From Octopus vulgaris (Eukaryota): 64,000 nt of DNA. The notes under the pieces were generated by a model. It did no database searches, was not told the DNA's origin, and saw only the letters and a list, made by a program, of their open reading frames with translations. The position numbers and the translations under genes were made by a program. Below are positions 36,846 to 51,180 of this stretch, in pieces (positions within the stretch are counted from its first letter, which is position 1; each line of letters begins with the position of its first letter). The stretch covers positions 45,818,001 to 45,882,000 of the forward strand of contig OX597814.1 of assembly GCA_951406725.2 (NCBI GenBank), in the 5' to 3' direction.

Positions 36846-38996
36846 TGAATATGCTCAAAATATCTGGCAGTGTCGGCTATAACCTAGTCACCTGTATAGT
36901 TAACCAGGTGATACACGAAGGAGTCATACCCAATGACTGGTGTAGCAGCATAATAGTCAACAGCTACAAAGGTAAAGGTGACGCTTTAAATACAAATAAT
37001 TACAGAGGTATCAAGTTGTTGGATCAGGTAATAAAGGTCATGGAGAGGGTCATAGCTCAACTAATTAGGGAAAGAGTCAGTTTAGATGAGATGCAGTTTG
37101 GGTTTGTGCCAGGGAAAAGCACCACCGATGCTATATTTCTGGTAAGACAGCTGCAGGAGAAATATCTAGCCAAAGATAAACCTCTGTACCTGGCATTCGT
37201 TGACATGGAGAAAGCCTTTGACAGGGTCCCCCAATCCCTTATCTGGTGGTCAATGAGGAAACTAGGGATAGATGAATGGTTAGTGAGAGCTGTGCAAGCT
37301 ATATACAGGGACGCTGTCAGAAAGGTAAGGGTTGGCAACAAAAACAGTGAAGAATTCCGGGTAGAGGTAGGGGTCCACCAAGGTTCAGTCCTCAGCCCCC
37401 TCCTATTTCTCATAGTCCTCCTGGCAATAACAGAGGAGTTCAAGACAGGATGCCCCTAGGAGCTCCTCTATGCTGGCGAGCTTGCTCTAATTGCTGAGTC
37501 ACTATCAGAAATAGAGAAGTTTCAAGTGTGGAAACAAGTATTAGAATCGAAGGGCTTTAGAGTCAACCTAGCTAAAACCAAAGTCCTAATAAGTAGGAAG
37601 GCTGGCAAACTACAAATCCCTTCAGGTAGATGGCCCTGCTCAGTCTGTAGAAAAGTCGTAGGTAAAAACTCTATAAGATATACTCAGTGTAAGCTATGGA
37701 CACATAAGAGGTACAGCAATACCAAAGGAAGGCTAACTGGGAAGATAGTTTTTGTCTGTGGCAGATGCTCAGGAGCAATAAACACTGAAAATGTGCAGAG
37801 AACAACTTCCGCCACATTCCAGGAAGAAAAACTAGAAGTAGTTGAAAGCTTCCGTTACATAGGTGACCAAGTCAGTAGCAGGGGAGGGTGTACTGAAAGT
37901 GTAGCTGCTAGAATAAGAATAGCCTGGGCAAAGTTCAGAGAGCTCTTACCTCTGCTGGTGACAAAGGGCCTCTTGCTCAGAGTAAAAGGTAGACTGCATG
38001 ACGCATGTGTACGAAAAGCCATGCTACATGGCAGTGAAACATGGGCTGTGACTGCTGAAGACATGTATAAACTCACAAGGAATGAAGCCAGTATAATCCG
38101 ATGGATGAGTAATGTCAGTGTGCATACTTGACAGAGTGTAAGTACCTTGAGAGAAAAGTTGGACCTAAGAAACATCAGATGTGGTGTGCAAGAGAGACAA
38201 CTGTGCTGGTATGGCCATGTGGTGAGAATGGATATGGATAGCTGTGTGTCACACCCTAGTGGTTGAGGGTACCTGTGGAAGAGGTAGACCCAGGAAGACC
38301 TGGAGTGAGGTGGTGAAGCATGACCTTCGAACATTGGGTCTCACCGAGGCAATGACTAATGACCGGGACCTTTGGAAATATGCTGTGCTTGAGAAGACTC
38401 GGCAAGCTCAAGTGAGATCATAACCTTGTGGTCTATGTCAGGGGTGTAACCAGCCCACATATGCATACCTTTCCACTAAACTCTGCTTGCGAAGACTTGT
38501 TGAGGCAAGTGAAATCAAAATCGAAAGCGAAATCAAATTCGATGACTGGCATCCGTGGTAGTGCAGCGCTAAGAGTACCATATGAGCGTGACCATTGCCA
38601 GAGCAACAAGCTGGCCTCCATGCCAGTGGCATGTAAAAAACACCATTCGAGCGTGATTGTTACCTGCGTCACTTTACTGGCACGGGAAAAAAATTCGAGC
38701 GAAGTCATTGCCAATGCTGCTGGACTGGCTCCTGTGCAGGTGGCACATAAAAAGCACCATTTGAGCGTGACTGTTGCCAGTACTGCCTGACTGGCCCTCA
38801 TGTCAGTGGCACATAAAAGCACCCACTACACTCTTGGAGTGGTTGGCGTTAGGAAGGGCATCCAGCTGTAGAAACTCTGCCAGATCAGATTGGAGTGTGG
38901 TGCAGCCATCTGGTTCACCAGACCTCAGTCAAATCATCCAACCCATGCTAGCATGGAAAGCGGACATTAAACGATGCTGATAATGATGATGATAAT
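36846..38996 (+). mobile_element. 5'-truncated RTE LINE with nearly complete but disabled RT
   Basis: NYRGIKLL, QFGFVPGKSTTDAIF, AFVDMEKAFDRVP and GVHQGSVLSPLLF motifs. Stop at 37457-37459; catalytic YADD mutated to YAGE. Cys/His-rich (PHD-like) insert WPCSVC...C.LWTH...C..C. 3' UTR repeats and (GAT)n tail. Confidence 0.96.
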
Positions 38997-41495
38997 ATAT
39001 ATATAAATAAAAGTAGGGTACCATGGGTCAAGGCCAGTACTCTTAACAAAGAAACTAAATCATCATAGTAATTTCACAGTACTCTGGTTTCCTTCACAGT
39101 ACAAACATACAAACACAAGCTAATGTAATATTTTCAGCTTTATAATATTTTAAATTCCAGTTAGAAAAGCTTATCTTAATTCATCCTATTTTTATTTTAC
39201 TTAAACTCAAATCTGTTCTTATCACAAAAAACAAACTTTTGTAATCAAACTAACTTTAAATTTATTTTGTATTTTACAAGTTGCAACTGTGTAATATGAC
39301 ACAAAGTTATTTGCCTCGACAAAAAAATGGCACTAGAAAAAAAGTTAAACTTCCAGAAATAGATTAAACATCATCAGTTCACAGTTTTAACACAAGTTTC
39401 TTCAAAATAAACTGCTTATTATATTACAGTAAATGTGAAATCTTGTTTTAACACAAAATCACTAAAAAGAAAAATTAAATAAATAAATGAAAACTAACAC
39501 CCCACATGGCCTTGATATTTCAAAATGTGAAACATCTGTTGCAAGTAATATATTATAGAAAATAGGCTCAGAAAAACTGTTTTTCAAAACAGTAGGAAGA
39601 AACTGCCAAACTGATAACCACCTCTGGATATACAAAGTCAAAAAATTTGGTTTTATTGACTGAGTTACTAATGTAATATACAAAATAGCTTTTAGTATTT
39701 CTTTATCTCCCTTTATGTTCTAAGTTTAAATTCTGTTGTGATAGACTAGCTTTTCATCCTTCCAGGATCATAATAATAAGTACCAGTAAAATATTGTAGT
39801 CATTATTATTTACAGTATCTTCTCCCAAAATTTGAGTGGGTTAGCACCTATCAAGCAAATCATTGTGTAACAAAGAAATATATTATCCATGAATTATAGA
39901 GATTGCAATGTATCATACAAAATGATAGTTAAGATTGGGGTTGATTTAAGAGGGGTTAGGGAAATTAAGATATATGTGGAAAAAATAATTGAGAAAACAG
40001 TTCTGTGAGATGGAAGATGTTATTCTGAATGAATACATATAAAATTTAAATATAGATTTATTGGAATAAAACAAGTATTATGAGTTGTGAGAAGCAGAGA
40101 AACAAGTTTGGGGATTAAGTTTAAGAGGAGTGGAATACCAGTAATAAGATATAAGGAGCAGAAGCCACTACTGCAGAAACAGAAGGAGCATACAGGCTAG
40201 GAACTGAAAATTATTTCCATTCTGGAAATAATTATTCATGAATTATAGAGATTGCAATGGATCATATAAAATGATAGTTAAGATTGGAATTGATTTAAGA
40301 GTGGTTAGGGAGATTAAGACATATGTGGAAAAAATAATCGCTATCAGTTTTCTTAAGCATAAAGATGCACTATCCCAAATATGGAAGCAGTTTCCAAAAC
40401 CAAACAGTGTTTTCAAGAATTTAAATAGCTATTCAAAATCAAAATTTTAAAATCTAGAAGATGATCAAATCTTTATGTCTGTTGTTTTCATGTATTTCAA
40501 GGTTTGGGCTATATTCAGTGAGTGAGGCTGGTTGGTTTTCTAATTCTAAGTACACATTATTAAGGTCTATTCTAGCAGTTGCTCAGGGGTGGGGTTAATT
40601 TTGATGAGTTGTTTATTGGTGGTGGGAGGATTAATTTGATGAGGTTGGTAAAATATCAGTGTTTCTGTTGGATTTTTTTAAAGAGTTATTTAACATTACT
40701 GGATTCTCAGCTCTCCACTGAAGGATTCAATGGGTTTTTTTACACTGACTGATTATTAACAACAGATGCCAACCAATCTCATTTGCATAGGATTTGTTGA
40801 TAAGGGCTGATTTGGTGGTTTTTAAATAACATGAAAGACTGATTAAATAGAGCTGATGATAACTAAAGATGAGAAGAACATTTGGCGAAATGATGAATCA
40901 TTTGAAACATCAAAGGATTCATCATCACTTAAGAAGTTCTGAATTTAGGTGGTTATATTTAGATTTCAGATTTATTATACAGGAAGAACTTGGTATGCAC
41001 CATTTGTCAAAAGTCTTTCTAAAAATGAAAAATGGGAAACAGCCTTAGTCTATCACTATGATTTTCAATAATTTTCAATAATTTGTGCTTTATGTACAAA
41101 AATAGCTGATGAGTTGCAACTGAGACAAAAGTACAGCTCACATATCTAGGATGATATTTCAATCACAGATACATGTTGTACACTATATGCCAATAACAAT
41201 TTGTCCACATTGTAAGCTATCTTCATTCTCCAAAATCTATAACTCTCTAATGTTTGAAATATATTTTTTCTTAAAAAAATTATCATTAGAATTGGTAAGC
41301 TAGTATATCACTTTTACTGCTTCTACAAAGGTAAGCTATGAATGGATGAGTTGAAAGGATCAAATAGAAGTTTGGAATAACCACTTCATATTCTACCTCA
41401 GCATTGTGATATGTTTGTGACCATTTAACTTTCACAGGTCAACCCCTTTAATTGTAAGTAGGTACCACATAGTGGAAGGGTTCAGCATTGTTAGG

Positions 41496-42176
41496 CAGAG
41501 GTTGGGGAACCAGGGTAAATTACCCAAAGTGGGGTAAAAATGAAATTGTTGTGGGTAATGAAGACTCATTAGACATAAGTGAGATTATATAAAAAACATG
41601 TTCCTTGTTATGACAGAAATTTTTCTTCTGGCAACACTACATCTGTCCAATCTATTGAACGTGTTTAGGAGATGTCATGTCATTTTGAACTACAAACAAT
41701 TTGGTTGCTAAAGTGTTGTCAAATGACTCAACAGATATCATTTGTCAGTTGTCTATTACCTGCCTTAACCTTATTTTTTTAACACATGTTTTTGCTTTGT
41801 TTAAGTAGATTTAAGTAGTTGTTCAATTCAGCCCTTTAATGAAACTGATTGGATCCCGAAGACTGTATACAAATTGCTCTGGCATCAAAATGCCCCAATT
41901 TTGATGTAACTGTGACCAAAATGAAACATTTCTCCAAAACCTGAAGTGAAAAACTTTCAAGAAAAATTTTTTTGCTTCATAATGAGGATATTTATTCTAT
42001 TGCATTTGTTTTATACTTTTTTTAATTATTTATAATTGTATTCTCCATATAAATAGATTCAATAAACCTTTTGAATTCAAAGAGCCTATGATTTTCTTCC
42101 TTTCAAATCGAGGGGGTAACGTTGGTGTAAATCAATATATTTTGGGGTTATTGGTTAAAAAGTTCCCTGACTCCTG
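41496..42176. mobile_element. Old hAT-type MITE
   Basis: CAGAGGTTGGGGAACC ... GTTCCCTGACTCCTG imperfect TIRs; flanking 8-mers TTGTTAGG and CTGTAAGA only partly match. Confidence 0.55.
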
Positions 42177-42430
42177 CTGTAAGAGCTAACAGCACTGTTA
42201 AGCTTAACAACAGTTCTTTTAATTTGTAGACTTAAGCCTTGATAGGATTGCTAACAATGCGGCCCTACTCTCAGCTATAAAACAACCATACCATAGTGGA
42301 ACTGGAAATGGATATTGACAAAGATTGTTACTTTGCTAAGTATTTCCACTTTATATCATTTCAGCTAAACCCATTTGTTGCAACTGTCTCTTTGCCTTGC
42401 ATTAATAATGTTATTTAGTTTTGTCCTACC

Positions 42431-43109
42431 CAGTGGTGGCTCATATATAGACACTGCAGAACTGAGGCACCCCCAATTCCCACTTGATATTATCGATAAT
42501 GTTCAATATAATGAGTCTTTTTTTCTTTAATTCTTTCTTTATACATGCACATTATATAATCCTTAAGCCATCCCCTAGTTTATGAAAAAAATACAAAAAT
42601 CCTTGTATAGAACTGTGCTCTTAACAGTTCTAGCAATGCAGTGTTTGGCTGTTGTGCACATGCTCACATGTCCAAGATGAGAAACTTCATGCTAGGGAGA
42701 GAGGGCACTGTCGTTCATGCAGTGCCGGTGAAAGGTACTGTTTCTTTTTGACTCCGTGTGTGTTGTGCTTAAAAGCATGGTTATATTCTTGAATGTGATA
42801 AAGTGTAGAATTAGATTATTATCCTGCTTCCAACATCAGTGTTGCTGCCAGGAGTTGAAAAATTGGGCAGATTTTCCACCATTATCTTGTGATTTAGTGG
42901 GGATTTTTGAAAAACAAGAGGGGAAATCGTGGCAGTGTTCAGTGTACAAATTAAACACACTATCTGGCAGTGGCTAAAACGCAAACCAATCAAGTTTATG
43001 TATAAATATTCTTTTTATATGTTTGTTTCCTTCTACACAATATTAAAACAATGGCTAAAAATTTTCTGAAGCAGCACCCACCACTAATTTTATCTATGAG
43101 CTGCCACTG
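42431..43109. mobile_element. hAT-type MITE, perfect 8-bp TSD
   Basis: TIRs CAGTGGTGGCTCATA and TATGAGCTGCCACTG; TSD GTCCTACC at 42423-42430 and 43110-43117. Confidence 0.9.
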
Positions 43110-43922
43110 GTCCTACCCAATCCTTCATTTCTTACATTTCACATCTCATGAAACCTGCCTGTCTCAAAATGCTTTACTCTTGAAAACTAAATTCCACTAT
43201 TTTAAACTGAACATAAGCCTTAATAACTGTATCCAACAGTTTGCTCAGTTTTGGAAGACCTTAAAAGACTCTAAGGATGGACCCATCACTTTAAGTTAAC
43301 CCTTCATCTGGTTGTCCTACCTGCTAGAAATAACAGTGAAATTGCTCTCAAATCATACCATACTGAAAGGGGAGAGACACATTGGATATTGTAGTTTAAG
43401 ATACACAATGCCTGAATGAAGTATGGAATGATCACCTTAAGACTATCATGGGATGGCTGTTTTTAGTCATCACAGATCTGCTTGGTCTGGGCTTACCAGG
43501 AGCTTCACAAAAGCGCTAGTAATAAAGAGAAAGAAAATGATGAATAGTTGATTGTGATAAAGGTGCAGTGAGGTAATTATTAACCAAGGCCAATATTTTC
43601 CTAACTGCACCTCCTTTACAAGAAAGATAGTAGTGTTAAAATATTCAAGTATCTGACATATGCTTAATTGGACAGATTAAAATGGAACCACCTAAATTAG
43701 TATATGTGTATTAAGTTGGTCACTGAACTTTGACAAAGTAACTGGTACCATATTATTAACAGGAATAATTAATGAGACACTTATATACAAAGCTGGAGTA
43801 ATAGAAATACTTTACTATATAAAATTATTACTTTGAATTTTATTTATCAAGAGAAAAACTATCAACATTTATCAAATTAATATAGCTTATTATACAATAT
43901 TTTAATATTTGTTTAGAATTTA

Positions 43923-44135
43923 AGGTGGTTAGCTTGTAAAATCATCACCCTACCAGACAAACTGCTAAGTGGGATTTCTTTCAAATTTATGTTCTGAGTT
44001 CAAATACTGCTGGGGTCAACTTTGCTTTTTATCCTTTCAGAGTTGCTAAAATAAGTACCAGTTGAGCACTGGGGTTGATGCAACTGATTTAGCCCCTCCC
44101 CTCAAATTGCTGGCCTTGTGCCAAAATTTGAAATA
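43923..44135 (+). mobile_element. tRNA-derived SINE family 2
   Basis: GTTCTGAGTTCAAATAC...ATAAGTACCAGTTGAGCACTGGGGTTGATG, homologous to 10172-10392. Confidence 0.75.
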
Positions 44136-44610
44136 CATATTTGTTCAGAACTTAACTTTGTCTGGATAGAATTGCTAAATTTATTAAGTAGACAACTAGC
44201 TCAATATTTTAAACTTTACAGCAAACATATTTTTGGTTGAAAGGGAAAAGATTATAAGAATGAATTGAAGTTGCCATGAATTTTAGATATCTGTATATTG
44301 ATTTTGTAAATATTGATTTCTAACATATGAATATAGTCATGCATTTCTGTTAAAAAAACAGTTGATTATATCAACTTTGTTACTTTGCTGGTACTTTATT
44401 TTATTGATCCTGGAAGGATAAAAGACAAAGTAGACCTTGAAGGGGTTTGAACTCTGAATGTAAAACACTATATATTAGCAGGTGTTGCCAAAACTAATCA
44501 ATCATTGAAAATCTTTGATGCTAAAAGTTTTAAAGTGCTGGTGTATCATGCCAAAGTTGAATGATTTGTGTATCATTTCTTGTATTGCCCCAGTCCACAT
44601 AGTCTTATAT

Positions 44611-44883
44611 ATCATCATCATCACCAGCACCACCAGCACCACCAGCACCAGCACCAGCACCAGCACCAGCAGCACCAGCACCACCAGCACCACCAGCACC
44701 ACCACTGCCGCCACCGCTGCCACCACCACCGCCACCGCCACCACCACCACCACCACCACCACCACCACCGCCGCTGCCACCACCACCACCACCACCACCA
44801 CCACCACCACCACCACCACTATCACCACCACTGCCACCACCACTGCCACCGCCGCCGCCGCCGCCACCACCACCACCACCACC
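44611..44883. repeat. Trinucleotide expansion (CAT)n>(CAC/CAG/CGC)n forming the tail of a minus-strand RTE 3' end (44884-45110)
   Basis: Seen directly; abuts TTTAATGTCTGTTTTTCATACTGGCATGGGTTGGAC. Confidence 0.92.
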
Positions 44884-45220
44884 CTTTAATGTCTGTTTTT
44901 CATACTGGCATGGGTTGGACAGTTTGACCAGAGCTGGCAAGCAGGAGAGCTGCACCAAATTTCAGTCATATTTGGCATAGATTCTATGGACGCCCTTCTT
45001 AATACCAACCTCTTTACAGTGTGTGCTAAGTACTTTTAGTGTGACACTGGCACAAGTGCTTTTATGTGGTAATGGCTTGAGCACTTTTTATGTGGTACCA
45101 GCACAGGATTCTTGTTGGCCATTCCTCTTCATCAGGAGGAGTGGCATTAACACTTTTGCAATGAAGGATGGGCCTTCTTGAGTACAGCAAAGTACTAGAT
45201 ATCTTGGTCATTTGTCATCT

Positions 45221-45270
<50 letters not shown>

Positions 45271-46786
45271 CAGTCTTCCACACAGTTTCTGCCAACCAAA
45301 TTCACTCATATGGCATTGTTTACCCTGGGGCTACAGTAGATGACATTCACTCAAGGTGCTGCAGAGTGGGACTGAACCCAAAACCCTGTGGTTGCAAAAT
45401 GAGCTTCTTAACTACCCAACCATTCATTTTAAAAGTATTGTGAGGGAGTTTACAGCTAATGTGTTTTAATGTGCAAGTGATGATAAAAAACAACAACCTA
45501 TAGCAGGAAATACATAGAGGAAATTAGCTGATGTTTGGAGAAGGCTAGCTGGGCATTAGTAGAGGAAGTAATCTTTTAGTGACATGTAGATGTATTACAA
45601 GGCTATGATCTGAATGAAGAATAAGTTTTTCCTGAAATCAGTTTATACCTAAATATAATATTATTTCCCTGTATATCAATCTGAATTAGACATATTTTTT
45701 GTACTTTTGAAAGAATAAAACGTTATGAAAGATGATATGATTTTTCCTATTGTTCATATATATTATATTTATTTCACTCATTGTTTTGAACCGTCATTCA
45801 TGGGAAGAGAATGAACTTTCCCCTTTAATGATGGCAAGCAAGCAGTAATTATGTCATTAGGTCTGTGTTATTTTTATATATTTTTTTCTCCTGCATAGCA
45901 ATTCATTCCATTTAGATACCCAGAACCTACTTCACTAGTCCAGGAACTTGAAACTACAGGGACAATATTTATATTTATAATTTCACTACTATAGTATGGT
46001 TGAATTACATACAAATACAAAACCCTACACTAAAAATAGGGAAGTGCAATAATTGAAAAATTAACATATTTTTTTTCTACTTCAAAAATTGAAACACTTC
46101 TACAAGTGTGAAGGAGTGTTGTTAGGCAAAGCAAAATCACTTTAATTATAGGGTGAAAATCTGGAATCAAAGAGAAGTGGAAGTTCATAGTATTGTTCCA
46201 GTCATGCTAACTGAAAATACATACCCTTCTAACTATATGTTTGGTATTCAGAAGTATACAGAGTGGAATAAAAAATATACTTCAATAATTCCAAATGCCT
46301 GAATTGTTTGCAGTGTCCAACTCTATACCAAAGCAAATGCAAATATGAGAGAAAAAAAATCAAATATTCTGTCATAGAATACAAGACTTTAGAAGTTCAT
46401 ATGTTCCAAGCATTTTTATAGCTTGTTTGATGCAAAGTCATTTGAAACTCAAAGCTAAATCAAATCTTATTTTAAAGAGAAACCTAAATGCTGATAAGCA
46501 CAAACTATCTCCAGAGAATGCCACCCTCACCAAATAAATAAATTAATTAATTAACAATTAGTAAATTTAGAGACAAAGTATTGAATGTAAGGTATTTTTT
46601 TCTTTTAAAATCTTCCATTCTATTCTGGTTCCTTCTTATGTAAATAATTTTTTCAAAAGAAGGAGAAAAAAAACTGCATAGCCTAATGTCAAATCACTTC
46701 TGTTTCAAGGGAAATGACACTTCCCTTGAGATTTTTCAGTCAATACTCTAGATGTCATATAAATCAAAAAATTAAAAGGTCTAGAG

Positions 46787-47177
46787 CAGTGGTTCCCAAC
46801 CTGTGTTCTGCAGAACCCTGGTGGTCTGCAAAGGTAGTACTGGGGCTCCATGAACTAAATTCAAAAATTCACACACACACACACACACACACCATGAAAT
46901 ATACCACTGACAACGGCAGAGTATATTTTTATACAAAGCCAGAAACCCAGGGTCTGGAATTACTCAATTTTTACTAGTTTATTTGTCGTTTGTCTTTTCG
47001 CCTTGTACTGTACTGAACACTTGATGTGGTTTTAGAGTCAGGTTTTGACTGCTATTTCAAGCATGGTGGTATTTCTTAGATACCCTTGTTTATAATTTTA
47101 ATAATTATTATAACCTACAAGGTTTTTCTTTCCATGCTGCCACTAGATTTGATCGCTATTTAGAATAATAATCTTGT

Positions 47178-47217
<40 letters not shown>

Positions 47218-47298
47218 ACAAGTATAATAAAAAGGGTCCGTGGAAAACTCATTTAAATAAAAGGAGCCCTTTGGTAGTGAAAAGGTTGGGAACCACTG
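46787..47298. mobile_element. hAT (Charlie/Buster-like) MITE, perfect TIRs and 8-bp TSD
   Basis: 16-bp TIRs CAGTGGTTCCCAACCT and AGGTTGGGAACCACTG; TSD GTCTAGAG at 46779-46786 and 47299-47306. Confidence 0.95.
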
Positions 47299-47730
47299 GT
47301 CTAGAGTATATGTAAAGCATAAAATATTGAAAGTTAAATACTTTAAATCTGACTCTCAGACATAACTTCCTAACTAATTTTGAAGATGAGTCAAGGAGTA
47401 TCCTCTACAGAATCTCTTGACCCTGCTAGAAATATCAGCTAAATCTCCATGGAATCACTTCTTATCATCTAAAAATCTTGGATAATATAGTTCTATGTCA
47501 GATAAAATAACAAGCTGGTCAAAATGGAAGGAAAACTGACATTAAAGAATGATGATGGTGATGATGGAAGGTTGATTTGATTAGACATGAACTACGGCTG
47601 AACAATACTAACAATAAAAATAGCTACTAATTTTGTTAACAGACTCATTAAAATTTACTTTCCTTTACTCCAGGAATTACTTTCCTTGTTTTGTATACTG
47701 ATGCTCAAATTTATATTTTATGTTTGTTCT

Positions 47731-48100
47731 ATCATCATCATCATCATCATCGTTTAGCATCTGATTTCCATGCCGGCATGGGTTGGATGGTGCAACTGGG
47801 GTCTGGGAAGCCAGAAGGCTGCACCAGGCCCAGTCTGACCTGGCAATGTTTCTACGGCTGGATGTCCTTCCTAACACCAACCACTCCATGAGTGTAGTGG
47901 GTGCTTTTTACGTGCCACCGGCACAGGTGCCAGACGAGGCTGGCAAATGGCCACGATCGGATGGTGCTTTTTACGTGCCACCGGCACGGAGGCCAGGCGA
48001 GGCTGGCAACGGCCACGATCGGATGGTGCTTTTTATGTGCCACCGGCACGGAAGCCAGTTGGGGCAGCACTGGTAACAGCCACGTTCGGATGGTTCTCTT
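47731..48100 (-). mobile_element. Young RTE 3' UTR copy
   Basis: (CAT)n CGTTTAGCATC... with CpG-rich hairpin repeats; very similar to 27200-27482 and 63620-64000. Confidence 0.88.
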
Positions 48101-49374
48101 AAAAGAATTAAAGTAGTAGTTTAGAGATACCGTAGAAAAATTCCTGCTTTGATTAAATTCTTAAACCAGCATGTTTCATTACATCGACTGAAAGAACTGT
48201 CCAACCACATTGATATTGAATACGATCTCATCTAATCCATGCCTACATGGTAGAATATGTGTTAAAGTAATTTATAGTTATTCAATATCCTTTTTTCCAG
48301 TTTGTTCAAACCACTAGTACACACTGTTGTTAAAAGTTGTTCCTTGGTGATTTTTAGCTGAGAGAAATAGTCAAAACAGATGTTAAAGATTTTTTCTACA
48401 TGCTGTCTTAAATATCATTGCATTAACATATTATCACTCATAATATTATTCTAATTGTTGTTGGTATTTAACCCCTTAAAAACAGTCTAATCGTGACCAT
48501 CCAGTTTTGTATTTTTCCATACGTAGTGTTGTATCTATTGTGTGTTATCTAATACATCATTCCACTTTTTAAGAGGAAGGTTGTATGATTTGAAAGAAAT
48601 TTGGCTCCTGTTTCTAGCAAACCTAGTGACTACTTTGTGTACTTTCCATTTCCTGTGATGGATGTATTTTACACTGATTGTGTGTAGCCATGATTTAATT
48701 TTACAAAAGGAGATATTCTATGAGTTTGATATCCTGTAAACTTTTCCGCTGAAAATCAAAATAATGACTGCATAAAATACAAAGGTCAGTTGTATCACAG
48801 AAAGCTTCTACTTATTTTTCTAAGTTCAATGTACATTATTATTTTCTAAGTGCTTCTATTCTGATCCTATGATAGAACATTCTATAAGATTTTCACAGAA
48901 ACTGAAAGTGATGGATGTATAAAAAACAAAGACCTATTGTATCTCTGAATGATTCTGCTTATTTTTCTAACTTCAAAGTTATCTCCAAGTGTTTCTACTC
49001 TGTTGCCATAATATCCTGTGTATATAGCTTCTTTATGTATGTCAATAGTCACGCTGTCAATATATTTATGTCAGAAATCTATCTGTCTGTCTGTCTTCTC
49101 ACACGCACATGCATGCACACATAAGTATGTGTGTGTGTGTGTGTTTGTGTGTGTGTGTATGTGTGTAATCTGAGACATCCATATACTGGCAGAGTGACTA
49201 TTGACACACACACACACATACACACATGCATGCACACACACACACACACACAAACACACACATACACACACACATACACACAAACACATACACACACACA
49301 CACTCACACACACACACACACACAAATAAATATATATTAAAGCTTTATGATTATAGCAATCCTCATTATCATTT

Positions 49375-50185
49375 TTCAGCAACCTCCCTAAAGACTGATG
49401 AGGTGGTACTTCTACCCATTTACCTTGGAAGGAAGGCATGCTCTCAGGGTAAGGGTGGAAGACATCTCCCTCCCACACGGAGGTGGATGTAACCTGGCTG
49501 GTGGTGACAATACTGCTAGGCCTTGAAGGTAAGATTGTGGTCCTCCAAGCCACTAGAACAGCGCCTAAAAATTGGCATGGGTAGAGCTTAGAAATGGTTA
49601 TCCCACCTTATCCCACTGTCCCCCTACAGACATCGGCCCACACCCTATACCACCAGACATGAACACCAGTTTTGCAGACACACAGGAGCCACAAAATCCC
49701 CCTCCCTGGCCTAAAAAAAAAGTACCTTATTGTAATGTTTGATAACAGAAATGAAAGTGCGAGAAGGGAAATCGAAAGTTTGAAATCTCTGGTCAGGGTG
49801 GACACTTCGAATTGTGAGGTGGTGCCCTCACATGTGAAAGTGCACTAATGCCAAGAGAGACATTCAGTAAACTAAAGGAGTGCTTCAGGAAGAGCATCTC
49901 CAATAAGAGAAGAGAAACTGAAATTGAGGGATGACCTGATATGGTAAGTTTCAGAACTATTTACCCAGCAATCATAAATTGGAACATCCCTTGATGTTAA
50001 AATATGTTCAAACTGTAAAAATGGTGCTTTAAAAAAAAGTTTCATTGAGGTTGATCTGAGTGTGGGGTTCAAGTGGCTGTCATTCATCCATCTTGTCATC
50101 TTGTTTCATTTGTTATTTTGCCCTACTTGTGTTGTCCTTGTGTTGTCCCTCTTTGTGTAGCCCCTTGTGGGCAATTTTAAGAATA
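49375..50185 (+). mobile_element. Probable degraded Tx1/L1-like element (ORF1-like remnant and 3' end)
   Basis: GC-richer segment with broken frames (LKTDEVVLLPIYLGR..., VDVTWLVVTILLGLEG) ending GCCCCTTGTGGGCAAT...AATAAA. Assignment is from memory only. Confidence 0.35.
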
Positions 50186-51071
50186 AAACCCAAAATTGTC
50201 AAGAATGTGATTTTATGAGAATTTTCCTGATGAAGGGGATATTGTTCACATGGTTTGTAAGATTTCTATTAATTTTTCTACCAGGACATGAACTCTGGAA
50301 ATGGCCATAGAAAGAGAACTTCCTTGAATTGTATTATATACTATTTATATATTTAAAAAACAATCAGATTGAATTTTATGAATCTTTTAACTGAAACTTT
50401 GAACCACTCTTAATTTTAGTTCAAAAACAAGTTTTTATCAGTTCTCTTTTTCTCATACTTGTTTCCATCTATATCCTACATGGACTCTATTTACGTGTAT
50501 TTTTATGTATATTTATATATATTTATATTTTTTTTAAATATTCATATATGTTGATATATATTAATATATATGCATTTTAACTCGAATTTATAACTGTTTG
50601 AGTATGTATAAAAAGTTGATTGCCTAATTTGAGTTTATTTTATAATTATTCTATATTTTTAGATATATACACACATATACAGACACACATGTGTAAAATA
50701 TATATTCAAAGGCATGCATAAACACACAAAAAAAGAAAATAGATGGAGACAGACAGAGACTGACCCACACATGTACAGATCTATTCATGCTATATACATA
50801 TGCATACACCCATACCCACACACCCACACACACCACATATATATACACCTGACATGGATAGACACACACACACACACTATGAAACATATACACACTCATA
50901 CACTTACACACCGGCATCAGTCATCACATATGTATATGTATGTGTAGATGTGTGTACATGTTTAATAATGTACTATTACATATGTATATGTATGTGCAGA
51001 TGTGTATGTATTTAATAACATACCTAACACGGAAAGACACACACCATGAGATATATACACACTCAGATATA

Positions 51072-51180
51072 GGAGGAAGCACTCCGTCGGTTACGACGAC
51101 GAGGGTTCCGGTCTGGGAATCGAAACCGCGATCCTACGACCGCGAGTTCGCTGCCCTAACCACTGGGCCATTGCACCTCC
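51072..51180 (-). mobile_element. Short tRNA-derived SINE (family 3), probably internally deleted
   Basis: Minus strand GGAGGTGCAATGGCCCAGTGGTTAGGGCAGCG...GGTTTCGATTCCCAGACCGG, with A and B boxes, joined directly to a ~35-nt tail. CpG-rich. Confidence 0.75.

Noticed and set aside
44502-44958. Poly-His/Thr/Val/Gly ORFs
   Set aside because: Translations of a trinucleotide tract forming a LINE tail; open in several frames on both strands.
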